From a virus: 64,000 nucleotides of DNA. Positions 1 to 7,213 of the stretch are shown piece after piece. The notes under the pieces were generated by a model. It did no database searches and had not been told where the DNA came from. It saw only the letters and a program-made list of their open reading frames with translations. The stretch lies in the IMG/VR virus record IMGVR_UViG_3300002098_000002. One strand, given 5' to 3'. The position numbers and the translations under genes were made by a program. The first letter of the stretch is position 1; each line of letters starts with the position of its first letter.

Positions 1-63
1 GTGTGGTTCAAGGAATATTTTATTTCCCTTCCTGATGAAATTGATAGAAAGGCTTCCTCATGA
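1..63 (+). CDS. hypothetical protein, C-terminal fragment (LPDEID-tail paralog 1)
   Basis: Frame 1 is open from the window edge and ends ...KEYFISLPDEIDRKASS. The stop overlaps the next ATG (ATGA). The tail matches the C-terminal motif of the ORFs at 60-365 and 501-740. Confidence 0.45.
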   Translation: MWFKEYFISLPDEIDRKASS

Positions 64-365
64 TGAAAAAACCTAGGGCTGGCACCAAGCTAATCTGCGT
101 GCTTCCTTATCACCCTTTGGACAGCTACCAGCCAGAAGTTGGTGCGGTCTATACCGTTGTGAAAAAAGGCTATCGTTACGCAACACAGATGGTTCTTGGC
201 CCTTTGCCAAAACAGCAAAGGGAGGGACGACTGTATTACAACGAGGATAGTTTCATCTCATGGCCAGATGAAATTGACTTATCCATAATCAAAGCAGAAA
301 AACGAAAGGTGGTAAATGCCAAAAGAAAGGCAAACGCTGACGCCAGAAGAGCTCTTCAAGGTTAA
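60..365 (+). CDS. hypothetical protein (LPDEID-tail paralog 2)
   Basis: 101 aa. ATGA overlap with the upstream ORF. The basic N-terminus plus GxxYxV core and the FISWPDEIDLS motif are shared with 501-740. Confidence 0.6.
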   Translation: MMKKPRAGTKLICVLPYHPLDSYQPEVGAVYTVVKKGYRYATQMVLGPLPKQQREGRLYYNEDSFISWPDEIDLSIIKAEKRKVVNAKRKANADARRALQG

Positions 366-504
366 CAAGATCTATCAGGTGATTAAGGATGAGGTTTGTG
401 CGGAAGACACGTGCGCTGATGGCGGTGGGTGTTGCACGTTAGATGACAACTCCGTTCATGACGCAGCCTTGGCCATCTTCAACACGCTTGAGGAGCTAAA
501 ATGA
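316..504 (+). CDS. hypothetical acidic Cys-rich protein
   Basis: 62 aa with AGGTGG just upstream of the ATG. The stop overlaps the next ATG (ATGA). It overlaps the last 50 nt of the previous ORF. Confidence 0.5.
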   Translation: MPKERQTLTPEELFKVNKIYQVIKDEVCAEDTCADGGGCCTLDDNSVHDAALAIFNTLEELK

Positions 505-740
505 AAAGAAGAGCAGAAATAGGTTCAAAAGTCTTATGTATTATGGAAAAATACTCACCCGAGTATTATAGGCAGCCTGTTAAAGGAAAAGTCTACCAAG
601 TAGAAAACAGATATGGTGACGAAGTTTTTTCATTAGCTGGTGAGTTTTCTGGAGCCCCCAACAACATTGTGATCAGTGTCTACACAAAACACTTCATGTC
701 ACTTCCAGATGAAATTGATCGGGCAAAAGGTGTGAAATGA
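501..740 (+). CDS. hypothetical protein (LPDEID-tail paralog 3)
   Basis: 79 aa. MKRRAEIGSKVLCI...GKVYQV...FMSLPDEIDRAKG aligns by eye with 60-365. Confidence 0.6.
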   Translation: MKRRAEIGSKVLCIMEKYSPEYYRQPVKGKVYQVENRYGDEVFSLAGEFSGAPNNIVISVYTKHFMSLPDEIDRAKGVK

Positions 741-907
741 CCACAGGCCAGCTAATCTTCATACTTTTCGTAGGTTTTGTCTCACTACCAGTTTCTGCCC
801 ATATCATCTGGGTTGAAACCAAATCATACATCCTGCCACTTCTGTCACTGCCCATAACCGTATTAGTTATGGTGGGACTAATTTACGTGTTTTCTATATT
901 TTCCTGA
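737..907 (+). CDS. small membrane protein (2 predicted TM helices)
   Basis: Below the ORF-track cutoff at 56 aa. The ATG overlaps the upstream stop (ATGA). Hydrophobic stretches LIFILFVGFVSLPV and LPITVLVMVGLIYVF. Confidence 0.45.
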   Translation: MTTGQLIFILFVGFVSLPVSAHIIWVETKSYILPLLSLPITVLVMVGLIYVFSIFS

Positions 908-924
908 AATAACGGAGTACGCTT

Positions 925-1773
925 ATGCACGAAGCTTTAATTGCCCAATTGGAAACAGAATTGTTACCCGGCTCACGAGCCAATGAACTAGTTTGCAGTG
1001 CCTTACGTGTCCCTTATGACAACGTAACTGACAGGGTGGACTACACTTTAAATCTAGTTAATCAGCAAACACACAATGCAGTGGTGTCTACCAAAGGCTG
1101 GGCACACTTGGTGCCAATCGTGCCTGACGGTGAAATGGCCGAATTCATTGAAGGGCGCAGGGAAGGTGAACCTGCGATTGCCTTATGCATTGCCCTGCTT
1201 AAGTTGAACTCTGAGCAACGTGCCGGTGAGGCAGAACCCGGTGAATACGACGTAGCTTCAGATACCATCAGGTATCAGGGTATCACTGCGGGCACCGTAA
1301 CCATGCGGACTGGTGGACCGGGCGATGCTTTTGTGTTGCCAGCGGCTGGCAGATCGGTTTTCACCCGTAGTGCTGCACGGGCCTACACGATGGCTGTAAC
1401 TACGGCACCTGCAACACAAGATCCGGTTCAGCAAGATCTTATTGAAGCCCGTATGCGGATTGAGCAATACCGTGCACAAGCAGATGTGCAGGCAACTACA
1501 CAGCTCTACAATCCGTTTCCATTGCCGCCAGTACCAGCAGAATATTACGGCGCACCAGATGCCCCAATGCGGCCACCACGGGCTGCTCGCAGGCCAACTG
1601 GCACCAATGAGGATTATTGGAGGCCTGAAGGTGAACGCAATCGCGTAGCTGTACCGGCTGGATTTGCGGCCCTTGCACCAGTTCGTTGGGTAGATGCTGT
1701 AACCGAACATTACCTGACGGAGAATGATCCGACGGTATTACCAGAAAACGGAGATGAACCAAATGGGGAGTAA
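925..1773 (+). CDS. hypothetical protein
   Basis: 282 aa ORF with GGAG 7 nt upstream of the ATG. Pro/Ala-rich C-terminal half. No family recognised. Confidence 0.6.
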   Translation: MHEALIAQLETELLPGSRANELVCSALRVPYDNVTDRVDYTLNLVNQQTHNAVVSTKGWAHLVPIVPDGEMAEFIEGRREGEPAIALCIALLKLNSEQRAGEAEPGEYDVASDTIRYQGITAGTVTMRTGGPGDAFVLPAAGRSVFTRSAARAYTMAVTTAPATQDPVQQDLIEARMRIEQYRAQADVQATTQLYNPFPLPPVPAEYYGAPDAPMRPPRAARRPTGTNEDYWRPEGERNRVAVPAGFAALAPVRWVDAVTEHYLTENDPTVLPENGDEPNGE

Positions 1774-2707
1774 ACCCACTTTTTCACGGGCTGAGAATCC
1801 GCGGACTGCTGACGAAGAAAACATCCTTAAAGGCTGTTTTGAAAGGCACATGACTGACAAGGAGACACAAGTTCTACTCCCTGACAGGTCAGTGCAGGCC
1901 ATTTCCATCCATAGGCGGGATATGGGTTTGGTAAAGCTGTTCAAACTGACGGGTGAGGAAAAAGCCTACCTTAAGGAGCAGTTCTTAGCGCATGTACCTG
2001 TTGAGGACATTGCCAAGGTTCTTAACCGTTCATATGGCGTCCTTAAGCAATGCATCCATAACATGGGCCTTAAGCGTGATGTTTCTAGGACCAAACTGGT
2101 GCAACGCTATGGCCTTGGTGTCCTTGATTTGGCTGATACGCCTGAGAAGATCAGGGCTGTTATCAAAGCCAGAACTGATGCTGAAAAGGAAGTTAAAAAG
2201 GCTGAACAAGCGCAAGCGGTAAACCATGCGCTTGACTACATGGTGACGGCTATTGAGGCAGGTGCGGCTAAACGTGACGCCATACAGCAAGCACGCCTAG
2301 CAGGGGTCACCTTGCAGCAAATAGGTACGCGGCTGGGTGGCATTACCCGTGAAAGGGTGCGGCAAATTTCCTTTGGCCTCACAGCCAAGCACCGATCCAG
2401 CAAGCCACAGGTACCACGCGAAAGGACTGTTGTTTGCCGTAAATGCTCTGACTCCTTTACAGTCACCACAAAAGGCAACTACTTCTACTGCAAAAAGTGC
2501 AAGCCTATTGTGGATGCGGTTGCTCATGAAGAGCGCCGTAAAAGGGCTAAGATTTACGCGCAAAACCACAGGGCCGAAGCGCGAGTGTATCAAGCGGAGC
2601 GCTTGAAGCTTGGGCGCGAGGCTACCCTTGTAGCCAAGCTGACTGATTTCAAGAAAGAGGATCCATCCCGATTTGCTGAAATTCTGGCTATGTTTAAAGA
2701 GGGTTAA
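1763..2707 (+). CDS. DNA-binding protein with sigma-70 region-4-like HTH and C-terminal zinc ribbon
   Basis: GVTLQQIGTRLGGITRERVRQI resembles a sigma70_r4/HTH motif. CRKC...CKKC forms a zinc ribbon. The start was chosen at the ATG with GGAG 9 nt upstream; the ORF is open from 1724. Confidence 0.55.
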   Translation: MGSKPTFSRAENPRTADEENILKGCFERHMTDKETQVLLPDRSVQAISIHRRDMGLVKLFKLTGEEKAYLKEQFLAHVPVEDIAKVLNRSYGVLKQCIHNMGLKRDVSRTKLVQRYGLGVLDLADTPEKIRAVIKARTDAEKEVKKAEQAQAVNHALDYMVTAIEAGAAKRDAIQQARLAGVTLQQIGTRLGGITRERVRQISFGLTAKHRSSKPQVPRERTVVCRKCSDSFTVTTKGNYFYCKKCKPIVDAVAHEERRKRAKIYAQNHRAEARVYQAERLKLGREATLVAKLTDFKKEDPSRFAEILAMFKEG

Positions 2708-3001
2708 ATGTCCCTTTTAACCATAATTTTGATAATCCTTGATGTAATTATCTGGTCCGTACTTTTGCTGATGGGCTTTTTCGTTATTTACCGGAGGCTC
2801 TGTGTCAACACCGCACATTGGCAAAGAATTAGAATCTGGGAATTTACACAGGGTAAATCCAGTTTAGGTTTTGAGTTGCTATACATAGAATTCGAGAAAG
2901 TTACCTTTCAAGAGCATATGAATTGTCTTGCCCTGTGGAAAGACCCCATAAAGCTCTATGGCCCCTGCACTCAGGCTATGTGGAAGCAAACCTATGGCTA
3001 A
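2708..3001 (+). CDS. membrane protein
   Basis: 97 aa. The ATG directly follows the upstream TAA. N-terminal TM helix LLTIILIILDVIIWSVLLLMGFFVIY. Confidence 0.55.
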   Translation: MSLLTIILIILDVIIWSVLLLMGFFVIYRRLCVNTAHWQRIRIWEFTQGKSSLGFELLYIEFEKVTFQEHMNCLALWKDPIKLYGPCTQAMWKQTYG

Positions 3002-3485
3002 TCTGACCAAGGACCAGATCCTTGCAGCATTACCGGGCCTAAGCAACGCCAGTTTAAGGGCCGTACAGGGGATTATTGGTAGCCTGCTAGGTGAGGTGGC
3101 CATTAGCAGCGCTAAGCCTGCCAGTGACCATGTGGCGTGGTTATATGACGCCCTAAGTCATCACATAGGGGCGCGGCAAAGCCTATCAACCTTTAAGGTT
3201 ACGGTAGCGGGGAAGCAATTCATGAAGAACGCCCCTATAGCTATCAGCTTTATCCAAACCAATTTTAAAGGTGCGCTTGAGAACAAGGTCAAGGCGCAGG
3301 GATTAATGCGTCACCTGACAGGTATCCTTCTTGCTGACATGAAGGCAGGTAAGATACCTATTACACGAAATACGGTGACAGCTAATCTGCACCGTATGAA
3401 CGATGCTTTTGAGCGGGCCTATCCAAATTACATTCAATCTGGATTGGCTATACTCGTTTTGAAAGCAATACTGAACAAGAAATGA
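2994..3485 (+). CDS. hypothetical protein
   Basis: The ORF is open from 2958. The internal ATG at 2994 (MANLTKDQ) overlaps the upstream stop and follows GGAAG. Confidence 0.55.
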   Translation: MANLTKDQILAALPGLSNASLRAVQGIIGSLLGEVAISSAKPASDHVAWLYDALSHHIGARQSLSTFKVTVAGKQFMKNAPIAISFIQTNFKGALENKVKAQGLMRHLTGILLADMKAGKIPITRNTVTANLHRMNDAFERAYPNYIQSGLAILVLKAILNKK

Positions 3486-3525
3486 AACCATTAGCCTTTA
3501 TGGCTAGTTAGTGGAGGCGATTGGA

Positions 3526-3699
3526 ATGTCAGCGCGAACCCTAGAACTAAAGCTGAAAGCGCCGGTTGCCTGCTTAGATTGTCAGTGGCTTGGCCGAACC
3601 GGGGAACTGATAACGGGAGGCTTCCACCTTCGATGCCCACAGTGCGATGGTGGCAACATCAAGTGGATCGAGAACGAGCCGCCTAAAGCAATTCAGTGA
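3526..3699 (+). CDS. zinc-ribbon protein
   Basis: CLDC...CPQC motif pair. GGAGG lies 8 nt upstream of the ATG at 3526. The ORF is open from a GTG at 3511. Confidence 0.5.
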   Translation: MSARTLELKLKAPVACLDCQWLGRTGELITGGFHLRCPQCDGGNIKWIENEPPKAIQ

Positions 3700-3766
3700 C
3701 GGTAACGTGTCGTAAAGGCCACAAGACGTAATTTCTATTTTACGGCAATTGTGTTGGATACCTGAA

Positions 3767-4612
3767 ATGAAAATTCTAGTAAGGCGTACCGGGGCTTTAG
3801 GGGATGTGTGTGACACCACCCCAGTTTTCGCACGTTTGCGTAGGGAAAACCCTGACGCAGAAATTGATGTAGAAACAGACTACCCTTACGTGTTTGAGGA
3901 CAGCCCTGACAGGATAGGTGTCAAACGCCCTATTGAGTATGACAAGTTCATCGACCTGAATATGTCATTTGAGAACAACCTGCGAAGGGTGGGCACGGTT
4001 GAAAGCTACATGGAAACCGCTTTCGGTGACCGTGAAGGCTCAACACAGTTAATCATCCCCCATGAATTGCCACCGGGTTCGGATCTGTTTGATTGGCCCA
4101 AAATAATAACAATTCATCCAGCACGTTCTTGGCCTCACAGAACTATGCCTTTCAAATTCTGGAATGATTTAGCCAGAATATTGGTTTCCCGTGGTTGGGG
4201 CATAATCGTTATTGGCACATCCCAAGATTGGCCAATAGAAGGTAAACGCATCATCAACACGCAGGATAAACTCATCTTCAAGCATCAGCTTGGGATCATT
4301 GGAGCATCTAGGCTTTTGATTGCTTCTGAATCCGGCCCGCTGTTTTTTGGGCAAGCAACAGATGTACCGATCCTTGGCTTGCTTACTATGGGTGAGCGAT
4401 GGATTGTTGAGCATGACCGTCAAGGTAAACGTGGTTGGGGGCTTCACACCATTAGTGCTGATATCCCCTGCACAGGGTGCTCTCACAAGTTTGACTACCC
4501 CCTGACATGGTTCGATTGCCCCCGGCACGACCATGCTTGTGTTTACACCTTTGATTCCAAAGTTATAGCTGACAAAGCAGAAGAGATTTTAAATGAAACT
4601 ACAACTTCCTGA
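3767..4612 (+). CDS. glycosyltransferase family 9 (heptosyltransferase-like)
   Basis: N-terminal MKILVRRTGALGDVCDTTPVFARLRRENPDAEI matches the GT9 signature (ILVIRxxALGDV...P). C-terminal LIASESGPLFFGQATDVPILGL matches the GT9 donor-binding region. Confidence 0.65.
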   Translation: MKILVRRTGALGDVCDTTPVFARLRRENPDAEIDVETDYPYVFEDSPDRIGVKRPIEYDKFIDLNMSFENNLRRVGTVESYMETAFGDREGSTQLIIPHELPPGSDLFDWPKIITIHPARSWPHRTMPFKFWNDLARILVSRGWGIIVIGTSQDWPIEGKRIINTQDKLIFKHQLGIIGASRLLIASESGPLFFGQATDVPILGLLTMGERWIVEHDRQGKRGWGLHTISADIPCTGCSHKFDYPLTWFDCPRHDHACVYTFDSKVIADKAEEILNETTTS

Positions 4613-5279
4613 TGTAACCCTTGTTGCTGTGGATACACGTTCTCACGCATTGACGAGGTTGGCACTAGATAAGTGTAAGCAGTTTGTAGATTTTGGTGAT
4701 GTTCAGTTCCACACTGACAAACCAGACTTCATGGAAGCCCTTGAAACTTATGTGAAAACTCCATTTTTCCAAGAGTTAACACATGTGGCGGCGTGGTGCT
4801 GGTATGGCGTCCCGCAAACAATTAAGACCAGCCACGTGCTGTTCATCCACTGGGATAGCTGGATACTAGATCCAACTGCTTGGACAGATGATTTCCTTAC
4901 ATATGACTACATCGGTGCCCCATGGGAATGGCACAAGGATGGCATGACTGTGGGGAATGGTGGCTTCTGTTTGCGCTCAAAGAAGTTGATGGATTTCCTA
5001 GTTGAACACAAAGAAGACTACCCGCTTATGAGTCCTGAAGATGACATGCTGTGCAGGCAGTACCGCAGGCCATACCTTGAGAAAGAAGGCTTCAAATGGC
5101 CTTCCACAGAAGTAGCCCTAAAGTTTGCTTTCGAACGCTCTGTACCACAAACAGAGCACTTTGGATTCCATGGTGCCTTTAACTGGTGGCGGGTGCTTAC
5201 ACCTGATGAATTCTCAGAACGGATCAAGTTGATAGCTGAAATTCCATCCATGCACAAAATGCTGTTCCAGCAACAATAG
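4593..5279 (+). CDS. glycosyltransferase-like protein (DUF5672-like)
   Basis: 228 aa overlapping the upstream gene by 20 nt. LPDVTLVAVDT..., IHWDSWIL and GNGGFCLRSKKL resemble what I recall of the DUF5672 family. Assignment is from memory only. Confidence 0.4.
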   Translation: MKLQLPDVTLVAVDTRSHALTRLALDKCKQFVDFGDVQFHTDKPDFMEALETYVKTPFFQELTHVAAWCWYGVPQTIKTSHVLFIHWDSWILDPTAWTDDFLTYDYIGAPWEWHKDGMTVGNGGFCLRSKKLMDFLVEHKEDYPLMSPEDDMLCRQYRRPYLEKEGFKWPSTEVALKFAFERSVPQTEHFGFHGAFNWWRVLTPDEFSERIKLIAEIPSMHKMLFQQQ

Positions 5280-5305
5280 CCTTTATGTTTAGGGAAGGAT
5301 AGGAA

Positions 5306-5464
5306 ATGCCATTATACGAATTATATAGCAATATTGTGGGCAGTTTGTTTCCGGGTCCAGAAGATAGACGGGAAAGGATGCGACGTAAAATAGCAGAAGA
5401 ATCTATTGGAAAACCAACGCCAAAAACTGATGATGAACCCCCGGACAATACAAAGAAAGCATAA
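5306..5464 (+). CDS. small hypothetical protein
   Basis: 52 aa, below the ORF-track cutoff. AGGGAAGGATAGGAA lies before the ATG. The TAA overlaps the next ATG (TAATG). Confidence 0.4.
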   Translation: MPLYELYSNIVGSLFPGPEDRRERMRRKIAEESIGKPTPKTDDEPPDNTKKA

Positions 5465-5664
5465 TGGGTTACGCAAAAGGATACCCTAAGGGTGCCCGTA
5501 TTATGCAGGAAGAGCGGGCCAAGGAAATAGTCAGGCTTTATCGGGAAGGTAAAGGATGGACCTGTATAGGTGACACCCTTGGTATGGATAAAAGCAATGT
5601 ACGCCGCACGTACATAAAAGAAGTGGCCGCTAAACCATTGAAAACAAAAGCCATCGTAAAATAA
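5464..5664 (+). CDS. small HTH protein
   Basis: 66 aa. IVRLYREGKGWTCIGDTLGMDKSNVRRTY looks like a resolvase/sigma-r4-type helix-turn-helix. Confidence 0.5.
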   Translation: MGYAKGYPKGARIMQEERAKEIVRLYREGKGWTCIGDTLGMDKSNVRRTYIKEVAAKPLKTKAIVK

Positions 5665-5687
5665 AAAGATAAAATGCAACGAAGTGC

Positions 5688-5716
5688 TTTACAAATGGTT
5701 TTACCCCCGCTAAATC
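5688..5716 (+). promoter_or_regulatory. candidate sigma70-type promoter ahead of the tRNA array
   Basis: TTTACA (5688-5693), a 17 nt spacer, then TAAATC (5711-5716). It is the first such match after the last early CDS and lies upstream of the structured leader and the tRNAs. Confidence 0.35.
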
Positions 5717-5722
5717 AAAATC

Positions 5723-6055
5723 ACGTTTTTGACTTTCAACCTTCTGAGAACGAACTTGCGCCACACGACGTATATTCAATCAGTCACCAGCCCCGGCCCG
5801 AAGTGGGCCGTGAGGGATAGTGCGCGACTGAATATGTGCTCGAAAGGCGAAACAGGGTTGATACAGAGTTAACTAAGCAGGGTCTAACCTCCCTGCTGAT
5901 GCAGGTGAAGGAAAAGACCCAAGCTACCCTACCGGGTCCTTCCCTTCACTTTAGAACACGCGGCTGGCCCCTCCTTAATTGGAAGCTTTGGGATTCCCGG
6001 CAAAGCGCTCACTGTGGAAAAGCGGCTTAGCTGCGCGCCTCACAGGCACTTATTT
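5723..6055 (+). ncRNA. candidate structured leader or ncRNA upstream of the first tRNA
   Basis: Roughly 330 nt without a convincing ORF. Stems seen: GGCCC-GAAGT-GGGCC, CAGGG...CCCTG, CCTGC-TGAT-GCAGG and CTGTG...CACAG. There is also a 16 bp helix, GTGAAGGAAAAGACCC/GGGTCCTTCCCTTCAC (5905-5950), with two A-C mismatches. Confidence 0.3.
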
Positions 6056-6130
6056 TCTGGCTTAGTTCAATGGGGAGAACACCGCCCTCGTAAAGCGGAG
6101 ACGGAAGTTCGATACTTCCAGCCAGAACCA
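6056..6130 (+). tRNA. tRNA-Thr(CGU)
   Basis: Acceptor TCTGGCT/AGCCAGA, D stem GTTC/GAAC, anticodon loop CTCGTAA, T arm GGAAG-TTCGATA-CTTCC, encoded ACCA. Confidence 0.85.
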
Positions 6131-6135
6131 ATACT

Positions 6136-6209
6136 GCCCTTGAAGCATTGTGACGATGCAGCGCCCTTGTAATGCGCAGAGCCGAGTTTGATTCTCGGCT
6201 GGGGCTCCA
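6136..6209 (+). tRNA. tRNA-Thr(UGU)
   Basis: Acceptor GCCCTTG/CTGGGGC with one mismatch, D stem GCAT/ATGC, anticodon loop CTTGTAA, T arm CCGAG-TTTGATT-CTCGG, encoded CCA. Confidence 0.8.
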
Positions 6210-6357
6210 AGCCGTGTGGTCTACCGCGTTGGCGAACTTGTAGACATCTGGCCCTGCACTTAATCCGGCTGACGATCTGCTGAAATGCAGTGAAACGCGA
6301 AAGCGCCCCGTGGAATCGCCCCAGCAGGGGAATAACTGGCGATCTAGGCCAACATTT
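6210..6357 (+). ncRNA. structured 148-nt spacer between tRNA-Thr genes (candidate ncRNA)
   Basis: No ORF. Hairpins: GTCTAC-N15-GTAGAC, CTGC-TGAAAT-GCAG, CGC-GAAA-GCG (GNRA loop) and CCCC-AGCA-GGGG, nested inside CGCC...GGCG. Confidence 0.3.
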
Positions 6358-6432
6358 GCTCCCTTAGTGCTAGTGGCAACACGCCCTCTTGGTATGGGGG
6401 AAAGACTGGATCGATACCAGTAGGGAGCACCA
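6358..6432 (+). tRNA. tRNA-Thr(GGU)
   Basis: Acceptor GCTCCCT/AGGGAGC, anticodon stem CCCTC/GGGGG, loop TTGGTAT, T arm ACTGG-ATCGATA-CCAGT, encoded ACCA. Confidence 0.8.
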
Positions 6433-6441
6433 TTTTAAAAT

Positions 6442-6523
6442 GCGCAAGTGGCGTAACGGTAGCCGCGCTGGTCTTAGAAACCAGTCCTTCGGGGTAGGAG
6501 TTCGAGTCTCCTCTTGCGCACCA
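6442..6523 (+). tRNA. tRNA-Leu(UAG)
   Basis: Acceptor GCGCAAG/CTTGCGC, anticodon stem CTGGT/ACCAG, loop CTTAGAA, long variable arm TCCTTCGGGGTA, T arm AGGAG-TTCGAGT-CTCCT, encoded CCA. Confidence 0.9.
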
Positions 6524-6527
6524 ATAC

Positions 6528-6601
6528 GGCCCCATAATTCAATGGTAGAATGCCTCCCTGTCACGGAGAGAACGCCGGATCATAACCGGCTGGGGTCGCC
6601 A
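6528..6601 (+). tRNA. tRNA-Asp(GUC)
   Basis: Acceptor GGCCCCA/TGGGGTC, D stem ATTC/GAAT, anticodon loop CTGTCAC, T arm GCCGG-ATCATAA-CCGGC, encoded CCA. Confidence 0.85.
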
Positions 6602-6606
6602 TTTAA

Positions 6607-6683
6607 CTCCGTGTAGCGCAGTCTGGTAGCGCGTCTGATTTGGGATCAGAAGGTCGCAGGTTCGAACCCTGCCACGGAGACCA
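6607..6683 (+). tRNA. tRNA-Pro(UGG)
   Basis: Acceptor CTCCGTG/CACGGAG, D stem GCGC/GCGC, anticodon stem TCTGA/TCAGA, loop TTTGGGA, T arm GCAGG-TTCGAAC-CCTGC, encoded CCA. Confidence 0.9.
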
Positions 6684-6689
6684 TTTCTT

Positions 6690-6764
6690 GGGGGTGTAGC
6701 TCAACGGTAGAGCTGGCTTTTCATAGGAGCTAGGTCGTGGGTTCAACTCCTACCGCCCCTACCA
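6690..6764 (+). tRNA. tRNA-Met-type (CAU), elongator Met or Ile2
   Basis: Acceptor GGGGGTG/CGCCCCT, D stem GCTC/GAGC, anticodon loop TTCATAG, T arm GTGGG-TTCAACT-CCTAC, encoded CCA. Confidence 0.85.
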
Positions 6765-6776
6765 TATAGGTGAAAC

Positions 6777-7136
6777 ATGCGCGTCGTTGCAAAGCTAGAT
6801 GGAAGCACAGTGCCAGCTTGCTTGTACCTGCACATCTTTGATGCCCCCGGCGATAGGCTGCATCAGAAGTACCGGCACATGATTGAACTCTACAGGCAGG
6901 CCCTTATCAAGGGATGTCATGAGTCCAAAATTCATCTACCGTTTACGACAACTATAGATTTGTGGGTGCATTTCATTGATCCATGTGCGCCTGACTACGA
7001 TCATCTACTCACTGCCCTTTACCAAGCCTTGGATGGTAAACTCCTAGGTAAGGGCGCAAAGCCAGTGCTGTTTTCAGATGACGGAATTGTAGGTACAGTC
7101 CGCAACATCAGTCAGTCAAAGACTACATACAAATAA
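6777..7136 (+). CDS. RusA-like Holliday junction resolvase (putative)
   Basis: 119 aa. PDYDHLLTALYQALDG...FSDDGIVG parallels the RusA DxDNxxKxxxDAL...DDxxV catalytic pattern. The gene sits inside the tRNA array. Confidence 0.5.
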   Translation: MRVVAKLDGSTVPACLYLHIFDAPGDRLHQKYRHMIELYRQALIKGCHESKIHLPFTTTIDLWVHFIDPCAPDYDHLLTALYQALDGKLLGKGAKPVLFSDDGIVGTVRNISQSKTTYK

Positions 7137-7213
7137 CGCCATATAGCTCAGCCGGACAGAGCGTAGGTTTCCGGAACCTAAGGCCAGAGGTTCGACTCCT
7201 CTTATGGTGACCA
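7137..7213 (+). tRNA. tRNA-Arg(CCG)
   Basis: Acceptor CGCCATA/TATGGTG, D stem GCTC/GAGC, anticodon stem TAGGT/ACCTA, loop TTCCGGA, T arm AGAGG-TTCGACT-CCTCT, encoded CCA. Confidence 0.85.

Noticed and set aside
5836-6030. 64-aa ORF inside the structured leader.
   Set aside because: No Shine-Dalgarno sequence, an odd composition, and it lies within long helices. The region is better explained as non-coding RNA.
5723-6055. The idea that the leader is RNase P RNA or tmRNA.
   Set aside because: GGAAAAGCGGCTTAGC weakly resembles the RNase P ACAGAA-CCGGCUUA element. I could not find the matching GAGGAAAGUCC strand, a tRNA-like 3' end or a tag reading frame. It is kept only as an unnamed ncRNA candidate.
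6344-6616. ORF-track entries on both strands overlapping the Thr/Leu/Asp tRNAs (6344-6535 minus, 6370-6564 minus, 6389-6616 plus).
   Set aside because: They are translations of tRNA genes, with the typical GxEP/TRTP-type strings from T arms. They have no ribosome-binding sites and lie entirely within well-folding tRNAs.
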